IMG/VR virus record: IMGVR_UViG_3300024261_000020
Coordinates: 1 to 64,000 of that record
Reading direction: 5' to 3' (one strand)
DNA from: an uncultured virus (IMG/VR IMGVR_UViG_3300024261_000020)
Taxonomy: Duplodnaviria; Heunggongvirae; Uroviricota; Caudoviricetes
Length of the DNA stretch: 64,000 nt
Shown here: one piece after another, positions 1 to 8,483 of the stretch
Layout of the letters: each line of letters opens with the position of its first letter
How positions within the stretch are numbered: position 1 is the first letter of the stretch
Notes under the pieces: generated by a model
What the model was told of the DNA's origin: nothing
Databases searched by the model: none
The model's input: only the letters and a program-made list of their open reading frames with translations
Translations under genes and position numbers: made by a program

Positions 1-1380
1 ATCATGAACTACGTCCTGTCCAAAGAACCAATCGCTAACTCCCCTTGTAATTCCGAATCTTCTATAGCACTCAATGATAGTTTCTTTTTTGTAATTAAAA
101 GATTGGCTTCTAAGCTTATGAGCATGTTCTACATAAAGCGTTCCATCAGGCGTTGCAGAAAGAACTGCGACACAAGAGTATGATTGGCCACGATCAACGT
201 TGTCCATATCTACCTTGCCACCCCAGTCAACCCCAAGATATGTTGTTTTGTCGCGAGCAGAAACCCTTCTTGAGAAGCTTCTGTCCATATCGATACAGTT
301 ATCAATAATGTCCTGTCTGGTTAAAGGCATGCCGGAGCCAGAGTAGAACTCTCCGATAACCTCATTATTCCAAATTCTTTCTGACTGAGTTGGATTGAAC
401 TCTGGCATTAGATCTAAGATGTTTTGCTTTTTAAAATATGGAATGTAAAGCTGATTGATATGAAAACCTGTATACTTTGCAGTCTTAGGATCTCTTGTAG
501 CTACCCATCTTCCATTTTCAATTGCATCAATCTTATGTTCCTTATGTCCACATTCCGGGCATTTCACATTATGATCGTCAACCCAGATATCTCTCCACAG
601 ATCAGGTGCATCAGAATGGTAAAAGAAATAATTCTCTTTACAGTTGGAGCATCCAAGCTGATAGTATCTTTTGTCGGACTGCTCCCAAATTTGATTGAAA
701 TAAGAGCCTCTTTCTTTTGGCGTTCCAAAGTAAATCTGTACGCCCTTACCGACCTGTCCGTACTTAGAAGCAGTGAGTGTCTTAGTAACGTTACCAATAG
801 CGGTTCCCGGCATATCTTGGACTTCGTCAAAGAACGCCACATCAAGTGACATACCACGAACACGGTCACCATCTGCACCGATGCTTTCGATCCAAAGTGT
901 CCCTGTGTTGAACTGCTTCATTGTAATGTTGTCTACAGCGTTAGGCTCTGTGTGGATAAGCTTGTTTTTGTTAATGAAGTCATCCTTGGCAGAACGAATC
1001 ATATTCTCAAGTTTATCCTGAGAGAATCTCTTTACAAGTGCAATAGCCGGAAAGAGGTGTGCTACCTTAACCGGAGGCGACGTAAAGAGGCCGCTGTTCG
1101 TAAAGTATAAATCCAATGCTCCTGCCATGACAGTAGCACCGACCTGTCGCCCTTTGCAAATTACAACGGGCTTACCAGACTCTCTGGTGGCTTGCAATGC
1201 GATATACCTATAGATATCCGACATAAACTTCCAGCCGTTATCCAATACGGAGAATGGCTCACCATCGAGTGTTAAATTGTTTTGAATAAAGTACGCGGGA
1301 TCATAATCCAAGAAGCTGTTCTTTACGTCAAAGAATAGGTCCTCAAGTTGTTTGTTCGCGTCTTGATTAGATTTTTTCAT
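1..1380 (-). CDS. terL: Terminase large subunit (lambda GpA-like), 3' end runs off the window
   Basis: Manual translation from ATG 1380 (RBS AGGAGG): Walker A KGRQVGAT, Walker B VAFFDEVQD, coupling motif FGTP, SDKRYYQLGCSNC, nuclease motif YLGVDWGG. Not in the ORF track because there is no stop in the window. Confidence 0.9.
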   Translation of the reverse strand, partial: MKKSNQDANKQLEDLFFDVKNSFLDYDPAYFIQNNLTLDGEPFSVLDNGWKFMSDIYRYIALQATRESGKPVVICKGRQVGATVMAGALDLYFTNSGLFTSPPVKVAHLFPAIALVKRFSQDKLENMIRSAKDDFINKNKLIHTEPNAVDNITMKQFNTGTLWIESIGADGDRVRGMSLDVAFFDEVQDMPGTAIGNVTKTLTASKYGQVGKGVQIYFGTPKERGSYFNQIWEQSDKRYYQLGCSNCKENYFFYHSDAPDLWRDIWVDDHNVKCPECGHKEHKIDAIENGRWVATRDPKTAKYTGFHINQLYIPYFKKQNILDLMPEFNPTQSERIWNNEVIGEFYSGSGMPLTRQDIIDNCIDMDRSFSRRVSARDKTTYLGVDWGGKVDMDNVDRGQSYSCVAVLSATPDGTLYVEHAHKLRSQSFNYKKETIIECYRRFGITRGVSDWFFGQDVVHD

Positions 1381-1389
1381 CCGCCCTCC

Positions 1390-1998
1390 TTAAAAGGAAT
1401 CTGGACGCGCATGACTGTAGTAATCTGCCTGATCGAGACCAGTGTTAGAAGATACTGGCTCTATCTCTCTCTTCTCATACCTAATGTCCTCATCCAAATC
1501 ATCGCTATACTTTGAAAGTAAGTCGTCAACATAGCCCTTAAGCTTTCCTTCATCAATGCGAAGACTATTGAACCCAAGTCCTTCCGCGTCTCTACATTTT
1601 GACAGAATTGCGGTAGCACTTAAGTGAGATTCTGATTTAGCCATATCATTGATGTAGCTAAGAATATTGCGCATCCTTTTCACATCCCTTTCAGGATGTT
1701 CATAATTTGCTGTTTTGACTTCGCAGCAAGAGCCACCGCATCCACATGCGGTTTTTGTCTGAGCTTCTTTGCTGATGTCTTCGAGTTCTTCCGTAAGCTT
1801 GCTGACGACATCAAAGCCAATTCTTTCCTTGATGTCCGCCATCTTTTCTTCAATTGAGTGAAAATGCTTTCTGCGAGAAATAGGCTTTAGGTTTTCTAAA
1901 TAACCCTTCTTCTCAAGCTCATGAGCAAAGAGAACTAGCCAGTCCTGCATGACACCGTATTGCTCGGTGACTCCATCTTGTCTTGTAATTTTACTCAT
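1390..1998 (-). CDS. Hypothetical protein, probable virion/head-associated
   Basis: 202 aa, RBS AAGGAG, next to terL; contains LVLFAHELEKKG and K-x-A motifs; function inferred from context only. Confidence 0.6.
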   Translation of the reverse strand: MSKITRQDGVTEQYGVMQDWLVLFAHELEKKGYLENLKPISRRKHFHSIEEKMADIKERIGFDVVSKLTEELEDISKEAQTKTACGCGGSCCEVKTANYEHPERDVKRMRNILSYINDMAKSESHLSATAILSKCRDAEGLGFNSLRIDEGKLKGYVDDLLSKYSDDLDEDIRYEKREIEPVSSNTGLDQADYYSHARPDSF

Positions 1999-2008
1999 TC
2001 CATTCTCC

Positions 2009-3016
2009 TTATGCGAAATAGCTTCTCATGAAATCAACTTCAGAAGATTCTTTTCCATAAGAACCCCTATCTTTGAAAACCTGATATCCCATATCAGCGA
2101 ACAACTGCATTAATGCAAGTTCCTCTCTGTCTGTAAATGCATACTTATTCTTAAGAATGTCATACACATCTTCAAAAGATTTTCCAGAAGATACAACTGC
2201 GTTAACAACCATTCCGGTAATTGCTCTTTCAAAAGCAGTCATCATAAGCTGCGGTCTTGCAACTGTGGCTTCTTTTGATAATTCCACATCGCTTCCTGCG
2301 ATCTTCATAGTAGTGCCATCAGCAGCTTTCTTTCCGTGCTGCTCTCTGATGCCTCTCTGAAGCTTCTTAATGTGCTGCTTCAAAGTTAACATATCATTCA
2401 TCATGTTAACCCTAACTCCATCAAGCTCACCAACATCTAAGATATGATCCTTATCAAGAGATAGGGCCTTGGAGATTTCTTTGTCGAGGCCCTTGTAGTA
2501 ATTGATCACTCTTTCGCATCCAAGCATTTCGCCCTGGTGCTGCGGAGGACTGTTGTAGGCATCCTGAAGATAATTTGAGAAATCTCTGACATCTCCGTCA
2601 TCTCTCCAAGTACCAGGGGTATCATCTACCTCCTCTACTTTATCTTCCTCGTCATCTGCGAGACTGATGCTTGAGCCTGGAAGCATTCTAACTGCGTCTG
2701 CTGCTGAGGATACTTCCTCTTCTTCCATCTCTTCTACTGCGCCTGGAAGTTCCTCTGAGAATTCAACAACTGTTGGCTCGCCAACTTCATTGCCCTCTAC
2801 AGACTGAGACAAAGAAGACTCCATATCTTCAAGGAGATCAGCTTCTTCCTCATCAAATTCCACTATTGTTTCGAATTGTGCGACACCATTATCTGGAGGT
2901 GTCATGCCATCCTCTACACTTGTTTCTTCAGAAAACTCAACCAAGTCTCCTGCCCATTGGGAAGACTTGAAAAACTCTGTATCTTCTGTGTATTCTGTGA
3001 CTACGTTTTTTGACAT
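2009..3016 (-). CDS. Hypothetical acidic protein, probable head morphogenesis
   Basis: Start moved to ATG 3016 (MSKNVV, RBS AAGGAG); very acidic N-terminal half, helical C-terminal half. Confidence 0.6.
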   Translation of the reverse strand: MSKNVVTEYTEDTEFFKSSQWAGDLVEFSEETSVEDGMTPPDNGVAQFETIVEFDEEEADLLEDMESSLSQSVEGNEVGEPTVVEFSEELPGAVEEMEEEEVSSAADAVRMLPGSSISLADDEEDKVEEVDDTPGTWRDDGDVRDFSNYLQDAYNSPPQHQGEMLGCERVINYYKGLDKEISKALSLDKDHILDVGELDGVRVNMMNDMLTLKQHIKKLQRGIREQHGKKAADGTTMKIAGSDVELSKEATVARPQLMMTAFERAITGMVVNAVVSSGKSFEDVYDILKNKYAFTDREELALMQLFADMGYQVFKDRGSYGKESSEVDFMRSYFA

Positions 3017-3029
3017 TGTGTAAAACTCC

Positions 3030-3302
3030 TTACCCATGAATGCTGCCGGCAGAAATATCTGGAAAAATATCATGCCAAATCATATAATTATCTCCCCTGT
3101 ATCCGCTCTCATCATAATCGACCATGTCAGGAATACCTGAATTGCCAACATATATGTGCGGATACACTGGACTACCATCTATAGGAATATTAGAAGATTC
3201 CTCAGCTTGAGTTTTGACATCAAGCTCTTCTTCTTCATCTTCTTCCTCAAGATCTATAGTCACCGGTTCGTCATCTAATTTGTTTATAATAGTTTCTTTC
3301 AT
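3030..3302 (-). CDS. Small acidic hypothetical protein
   Basis: Likely start ATG 3302 (MKETIINK), 25 nt downstream of a TACTAATA motif. Confidence 0.55.
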   Translation of the reverse strand: MKETIINKLDDEPVTIDLEEEDEEEELDVKTQAEESSNIPIDGSPVYPHIYVGNSGIPDMVDYDESGYRGDNYMIWHDIFPDISAGSIHG

Positions 3303-3327
3303 CGATTGTTCCAAAAAAAGCAATGAA

Positions 3328-3335
3328 TATTAGTA
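3328..3335 (-). promoter_or_regulatory. Putative late promoter TACTAATA
   Basis: Recurrent motif upstream of start codons (see findings). Confidence 0.55.
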
Positions 3336-3338
3336 TGT

Positions 3339-4250
3339 TTAAGCCATTTCCTTGACTCTTACGTGATAATGATCGCCCTCGAATAGGACTCCCAAAGTAA
3401 ATTCCCCAGACTGTGTTACGACATCGAGAACTTTTTTAATATCTTGTGTTAACCTTAGGTCAACAGAAGTAGCAGGCTGCCCCATATGCGAACGCAATGG
3501 AACATTTGCCTGAATCCAGTCTGCAACTATGCCTTTACTTTCTCTGTTCACACCGTAATCATGTAGGGTGTTGTTAACAAATAATGCAAAAGGCTTTATT
3601 TGATATAGATTGTAAAGGTAAACTGCGCCTTTTGTGATCGGCCTTCCATCCAATCCTGCTGAAAGCTTCTGAGATAATGAAGCACCAAGAAGCTCAAGCT
3701 CTCTCGGTGAAAGAGGCGCGGACCCGCCTTTCTTTTTCCAGTTATTTGCCATAACTCTTGCTTGAGCAGATGGACTTCTGTATCCGCTTGTAACGAATGG
3801 TTTCTGAACGCCAAGCTCTTTCGCAACTTCGGTAATTGTTTTGAGAAATTCCTGAGTTTCGTCGCTTAAATCTCCGAAGTTAATTCCGTTGTTTTTGCCA
3901 GGGAATTGCCCTCTTGGTAATTTGCCGTTAAACATTTGTTTTACGCCTTTGAGGCGCTCACCAATTCCTCTGCCTCTTTGAGATACGGAGCCCGGAGTAA
4001 TCCCAGCTTTAGGCGCTCCCTGCTCCCCCTGCATAACCTTTAAGGCTTCTTCGGGCCCACGGTGTATTCCTCCCCACTCTCCATAATACTTCGTTACATA
4101 CCAGTCTGTCCAGCTATTGTAATCCGGACCTTGACTGCCAGGAACTTTCTGCCAATTATTTTTCCACCAAACCTCAATCTCTTTAAATGCCGGGCCTTGT
4201 TCGGAATATTCTTCCCAAGAAGAGGCAAGATATCCTGCGTTCTTAATCAT
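3339..4250 (-). CDS. Peptidase M15-like zinc peptidoglycan peptidase with N-terminal Trp-rich module
   Basis: VTSGYRS..Q, SHxxxxxxSVD and DHYHV motifs typical of the M15 fold; start moved to ATG 4250 (RBS GAGG). Confidence 0.65.
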   Translation of the reverse strand: MIKNAGYLASSWEEYSEQGPAFKEIEVWWKNNWQKVPGSQGPDYNSWTDWYVTKYYGEWGGIHRGPEEALKVMQGEQGAPKAGITPGSVSQRGRGIGERLKGVKQMFNGKLPRGQFPGKNNGINFGDLSDETQEFLKTITEVAKELGVQKPFVTSGYRSPSAQARVMANNWKKKGGSAPLSPRELELLGASLSQKLSAGLDGRPITKGAVYLYNLYQIKPFALFVNNTLHDYGVNRESKGIVADWIQANVPLRSHMGQPATSVDLRLTQDIKKVLDVVTQSGEFTLGVLFEGDHYHVRVKEMA

Positions 4251-5007
4251 CTTTTTCCTCGCCCAAGTATTCAACAAGAAGTTTTTTAGAGATAAGCACA
4301 TCTTTGAAGTAGCCACTTAATGGTACATTCTTCAAAAGATCAAGCTCCCTTAACAAGTGAAGGGTTAGCTCAGCATCTTCTTTGAGTGCCTTCGCAATTT
4401 TAACAGAGATGTACTTGTCTTTTACATTCTCTGAAGAAAAGATTTCTGGGTTTTCAAGAACGAACTCAACAATCGTAGGATCAATTCTGTATCCATATCT
4501 TGCAGCAAGATTCACTGCACGATAGATCCTCCTCGGATCATCTTCCAGTGTGATGTGTGGAGGTACAGGAGTTCTGATGATCTTATTTTTGATGTCTTCA
4601 AAACCTTGCCCTGTCGGATCTACAATTTCTCTGGTCAATAGATCCTGATGCAGGGTATTGATCGTGAAGTCTCTACTGTATGCTTCGTGATATTCTTGAT
4701 GCTTATCACCAAGGTATTCAACTACGCCTTCAGAGATAAAGTTACTTGAGAAATCAAGATCAAAAGAATCTGTGAATGCGGTCAAATGCCCATCATCTGA
4801 TAGCTCGAAAGTGGCATTCATTTCGTTAGCCACGAGGATGCCGAGCCTTAAGACATCGGGAGAATTAGTTGTCAAATCAACATCAGTTGTCTTGATCTCC
4901 TTTTTCAGATACACGTCTCTTGGTAAGCCACCAACAATGTAGGGCTTATCGACCAAATACCTTTCGGCAATCTGTGCAACTAATGATAGGGTTTCTCCCA
5001 AGTTCAT
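4243..5007 (-). CDS. tRNA nucleotidyltransferase (CCA-adding)/poly(A) polymerase family
   Basis: VGGLPRD, DVD, RDFTIN, GFEDI and DDPRRIYR motifs of class II nucleotidyltransferases. Confidence 0.85.
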   Translation of the reverse strand: MNLGETLSLVAQIAERYLVDKPYIVGGLPRDVYLKKEIKTTDVDLTTNSPDVLRLGILVANEMNATFELSDDGHLTAFTDSFDLDFSSNFISEGVVEYLGDKHQEYHEAYSRDFTINTLHQDLLTREIVDPTGQGFEDIKNKIIRTPVPPHITLEDDPRRIYRAVNLAARYGYRIDPTIVEFVLENPEIFSSENVKDKYISVKIAKALKEDAELTLHLLRELDLLKNVPLSGYFKDVLISKKLLVEYLGEEKDD

Positions 5008-5011
5008 TTAC

Positions 5012-6517
5012 TTATACCTCTTCGTCAATAGGAGGTGCTTCTGCCGGCTGTGGAGCGTCCTGTCCTGGCTCCGGCGGAAGTTCTGTTGTAGCGCCAAATT
5101 CGTCAGCAATAGCCTCAGTTCCCTTTGGTGCGTCCTCTTCTGCGCCAGCATTGAATGTCTTCGCAGTGTCCTTGTCTACGCCCTTCTGAATCTCAGTTTC
5201 TTTTGCGTCAGCAATTTCCGAAAGACTTTTCCCTGAAGAAAGCATACCAAGCATCTTGGTGACACGAGTTAATGCATAAGAGTAACTATCAATGAGCTTG
5301 CTCTGGGCTTCCGGAAGCTCGGGAAACATTGGAGCCACGCCAAGCTGATCAAGCATGATATCGAACTCCGCAAGCAAACGGATAACTCGTCTGTCCGCAA
5401 GTCTTCCTGCAATCTCTTCAAGCTTTCGAGATGCCTGATCGAGAGTGATGTCTCCGCTAAGAGCTTCGTACTCTCCAGGCTTAGGTCCCGTTCCTCCTTT
5501 CAGCGCTGTTCCAACGGGTGTACCTGCCCCAATACTTTCTGGCGCTGCGCCAGGGATTTCACCCTCTGCGCCAGGAACCTCAGGCTCCTCGGTCAAACCG
5601 CCACCAAGTGGCTCGTCTCCAAGAATATCATCTGGGGCTGCATCAATCTCTGGCGGAAGCGGAGTCTCTTGTGCTAACGCATATAGAGTATCTGCATGTT
5701 CGTTGAGACCTTTAGTTTTGAAAGCCAAAGCAGCTCTTTTGGTAAGGTCAGATGCAGTAGAGGCAAGCCTTACCTTTCTAACTTCCATATCAAAAGCATG
5801 CAGAAGGTCTGCGAGGTCCGCATGAATATCTGAATTCATATGTGGATCGCCCTGTCTGATTAGCTTATCAAGTCTTCTGATAGCAACGTAGAGTTTGCTT
5901 TTCCACTCTTCGAAATCGCCTTTCTTGTTATCAACTTCCACGCGCTCTTTAGAGACCTGCTTGGTCTCTGCCGGATAGAATCCTGAACCGCTTAATGGAA
6001 ATTGGAAATCTGCTTTTTTTTCCATTTCGTTGCTCCTGCTTGCTCTAATGTCATACTTAAGATGCTCACCATTCTTATAGTACTTAACCCACTCCTTAAA
6101 CTTATGGCCTTCTTGTCGAGAAGTATCGAGTTCTCCAGAGTAGTAATCCAGTGCAAAACTATAAGACATATCTCCGCTTTGAACTGCTTCGTAAATTTTA
6201 TGTACGAGTCCTGACCATTTCTCCAGATCAAACTCTTCTTCTAAATCTTCGCTCAAAGCCCCATGTCCTAACGGATATGCGACTTTTTTAATTCCATTAT
6301 TTCTGAGATAAGCGACTGTGGCTAAATAGTAGTAATCGTTGTGATTCTTTGGAGGAAGCTTTACGTCCATTGCAAAACGGATGATCTCCTCAGTTGGAGA
6401 GACACCGTGATGTTTGTAGATGTTATAGACACTAACAGCAATAGCCTCCTTACCTTCGGGGATTCCGAGGTTTGGAAGCTCTGTCTTTAGCGCTATAAGT
6501 TCCTTCTTAAAGTCCAC
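5012..6517 (-). CDS. Hypothetical protein, probable virion/head protein
   Basis: 501 aa, GTG start with AGGAG; Pro/Glu-rich linkers; internal RBS and in-frame ATG at 6025. Confidence 0.6.
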   Translation of the reverse strand: MDFKKELIALKTELPNLGIPEGKEAIAVSVYNIYKHHGVSPTEEIIRFAMDVKLPPKNHNDYYYLATVAYLRNNGIKKVAYPLGHGALSEDLEEEFDLEKWSGLVHKIYEAVQSGDMSYSFALDYYSGELDTSRQEGHKFKEWVKYYKNGEHLKYDIRASRSNEMEKKADFQFPLSGSGFYPAETKQVSKERVEVDNKKGDFEEWKSKLYVAIRRLDKLIRQGDPHMNSDIHADLADLLHAFDMEVRKVRLASTASDLTKRAALAFKTKGLNEHADTLYALAQETPLPPEIDAAPDDILGDEPLGGGLTEEPEVPGAEGEIPGAAPESIGAGTPVGTALKGGTGPKPGEYEALSGDITLDQASRKLEEIAGRLADRRVIRLLAEFDIMLDQLGVAPMFPELPEAQSKLIDSYSYALTRVTKMLGMLSSGKSLSEIADAKETEIQKGVDKDTAKTFNAGAEEDAPKGTEAIADEFGATTELPPEPGQDAPQPAEAPPIDEEV

Positions 6518-6773
6518 TGTCGTCTCCTAATCTACTTTTCAGATCGACTATTGCTTTTTTCCACATAAGGCCATCAGCCGAATCTGTCTCGTCAATACGA
6601 TCCTGTATATATGTAAGGAATATTAACAAGTGCTCTTTACTTACTGTTCCAGTAGCATAAGTAACTAAGTGTTGAGACAGCCAAGATGAGAATGCAGCAG
6701 CACTTTCAATATCCCTGAGTGTGAGATCCGCATACCTTTCCTGATTTTCCGTTGTATTAATCGTTACTGACAT
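6507..6773 (-). CDS. Hypothetical protein
   Basis: 88-aa ORF overlapping both neighbours in operon fashion. Confidence 0.5.
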   Translation of the reverse strand: MSVTINTTENQERYADLTLRDIESAAAFSSWLSQHLVTYATGTVSKEHLLIFLTYIQDRIDETDSADGLMWKKAIVDLKSRLGDDSGL

Positions 6774-7464
6774 CGATAATTTTAACCTCTGGCTCTACAT
6801 AGTCCAAATATCTTTGATTGTTGTACTGTGTATCTACCATTTTAGAATTTAGCTTCTCAACGAAAACCGGAATCAAAGTCGGGTCAAGTTCCTTAAGAAC
6901 TTCGAAAACGATACTCTTAAGAACAGTGAGTTGCTCATTAACTACATTGATATTAATATTGTGGTCGATTGTCTGGTCAGGAACCCGTTCAACATATTTC
7001 TTCCAATCTCTAAGAAGCTCTCTTTGCTGAGTCAAAAGTTCAATGAAAACTCGCTCCTCTCTAAGGTTAGCTCCACTGTTGAGAGAATTAAAGTAATACT
7101 CGATTCTGGAAGAGATAATCTTTTCCATTTCAAGCATCTTTCTAGTGACATCAATCTCCTCATCAATAATCTCCGCGAGCTTTTCCTGGTAAGAATTCGA
7201 TGCCATAACCATAGCCTGCTTTTCAAGAGCCTTAGAGTCCTTTGTAAAATTCTTTCTGGCAGCCTTAATCTGTTCCAGGGCTTCGCCTTCAAGATTAAGG
7301 TACTCCTTCCTGAACTTCTGCAAAGTCATGGATGTGATGTGGAGACGCTTTGTTTTTGGATGTTTCTTCTTTAGCCAATTTTCGACCTGCTTAACAGACT
7401 CTCCCTGCAATAGCTTGGAGATAATCTCTTCTTTCTCTGGATGTCGTAATACTTTGCTGCCCAT
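6757..7464 (-). CDS. Hypothetical protein, possibly terminase small subunit-like
   Basis: N-terminal HTH-like segment (EEIISKLLQGESVKQVENWL), coiled-coil middle, RBS AAGGAG, upstream of terL; function is inference. Confidence 0.4.
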   Translation of the reverse strand: MGSKVLRHPEKEEIISKLLQGESVKQVENWLKKKHPKTKRLHITSMTLQKFRKEYLNLEGEALEQIKAARKNFTKDSKALEKQAMVMASNSYQEKLAEIIDEEIDVTRKMLEMEKIISSRIEYYFNSLNSGANLREERVFIELLTQQRELLRDWKKYVERVPDQTIDHNININVVNEQLTVLKSIVFEVLKELDPTLIPVFVEKLNSKMVDTQYNNQRYLDYVEPEVKIIDVSND

Positions 7465-7479
7465 AAATAACTCCTTCTA

Positions 7480-7525
7480 CAAAAGTAAAGCCTGCCTTAT
7501 TTGTACCGGGCAGGCTCTACTTTTG
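7480..7525 (-). terminator. Rho-independent terminator
   Basis: Stem GCCTGCC/GGCAGGC with extended pairing, followed by TTTACTTTT on the minus strand. Confidence 0.7.
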
Positions 7526-7541
7526 TTTTTGTGCTTTGTTT

Positions 7542-8474
7542 TTATTCCGAGGAGATTTTGAATCCAGCGTATTCGTCTCTACCTTCATCCCAATCCCTTT
7601 TTGCTTCGAAATCATCAAACTGAGCATCGAATCCCTCATCACTAATCGGAGGACTGTAAGAGGCTCCAGTAAGGGAAACTACTGTAAAGTTTTCATGCAT
7701 AAGTCTCAGGAACTCATCCGGAGTTATCCTATCAGAAAGAACAAAGTCAATACCCGGCTCGCTGTGAATTGTCAAAGTCTCTGCGTATATTCTGCCAGCA
7801 ACAGGATCCTCACTGCCATCTTTATCATACAAGTAGCTTCCTGTCGCATAAAGCTTATTGGCCTCAATATCTTCTGCGGTTTTGTAGTAAGCAATCATAC
7901 CTTCATATTCATCATCATCTTCATAAACACTAATCTTTACAAAAGGAGCTTCTGTTCCGAAAGTTGCAATGTCGTAATCCTCAGATGCTGTTTTGACTAA
8001 CTTGTCAGGATCACAAATCTCAGAATAAGAGAACATTTCGGTCTGTCCTTGTACGCTGCTACCCTGATACTTCTGGCCCTGTTCGTCAGTAAAGCCCTCA
8101 TTCCAATCATAAATCTTGTTAGTGTTTGGATCTTTGTAAACGCCGCCATTTGTTCCGCGAACCCTTTCGGCAGATACCCCAGGCTTACCTGGGACATACC
8201 TTGTAGAAAGAGACTCACTTAATGGTCTGTCTGCAATTTCAGGCGTACCGTATTCTGCGGGGTTTACGCCGTAAAGCTGGTCCGCCTTATCAGAAGTTCC
8301 TCTCTCGGTGAGCAATTGCTCTCTTGTGCCGTAGTTAGTTTTTTCGCCCTGATAATCCTGAAGGATACCTTGCTGAGCAACTTTCTCTAACTCTTCGGCA
8401 TAAGCACCTCTAAGTGCGCTTCTCAGTTTGCGATTTGTACCCGCCTGCCTAAGAATGAATTCTAATCTTGTCAT
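7542..8474 (-). CDS. Hypothetical protein, probable virion protein
   Basis: About 310 aa; start ATG 8474 with AAGGAG; LEKVAQ and LVKTAS motifs. Confidence 0.6.
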   Translation of the reverse strand: MTRLEFILRQAGTNRKLRSALRGAYAEELEKVAQQGILQDYQGEKTNYGTREQLLTERGTSDKADQLYGVNPAEYGTPEIADRPLSESLSTRYVPGKPGVSAERVRGTNGGVYKDPNTNKIYDWNEGFTDEQGQKYQGSSVQGQTEMFSYSEICDPDKLVKTASEDYDIATFGTEAPFVKISVYEDDDEYEGMIAYYKTAEDIEANKLYATGSYLYDKDGSEDPVAGRIYAETLTIHSEPGIDFVLSDRITPDEFLRLMHENFTVVSLTGASYSPPISDEGFDAQFDDFEAKRDWDEGRDEYAGFKISSE

Positions 8475-8483
8475 AGCCACTCC

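Noticed and set aside
424..1021. ORF-track calls 424-849, 564-878 and 773-1021
   Set aside because: They are shadows of the terminase gene on the minus strand (1-1380)
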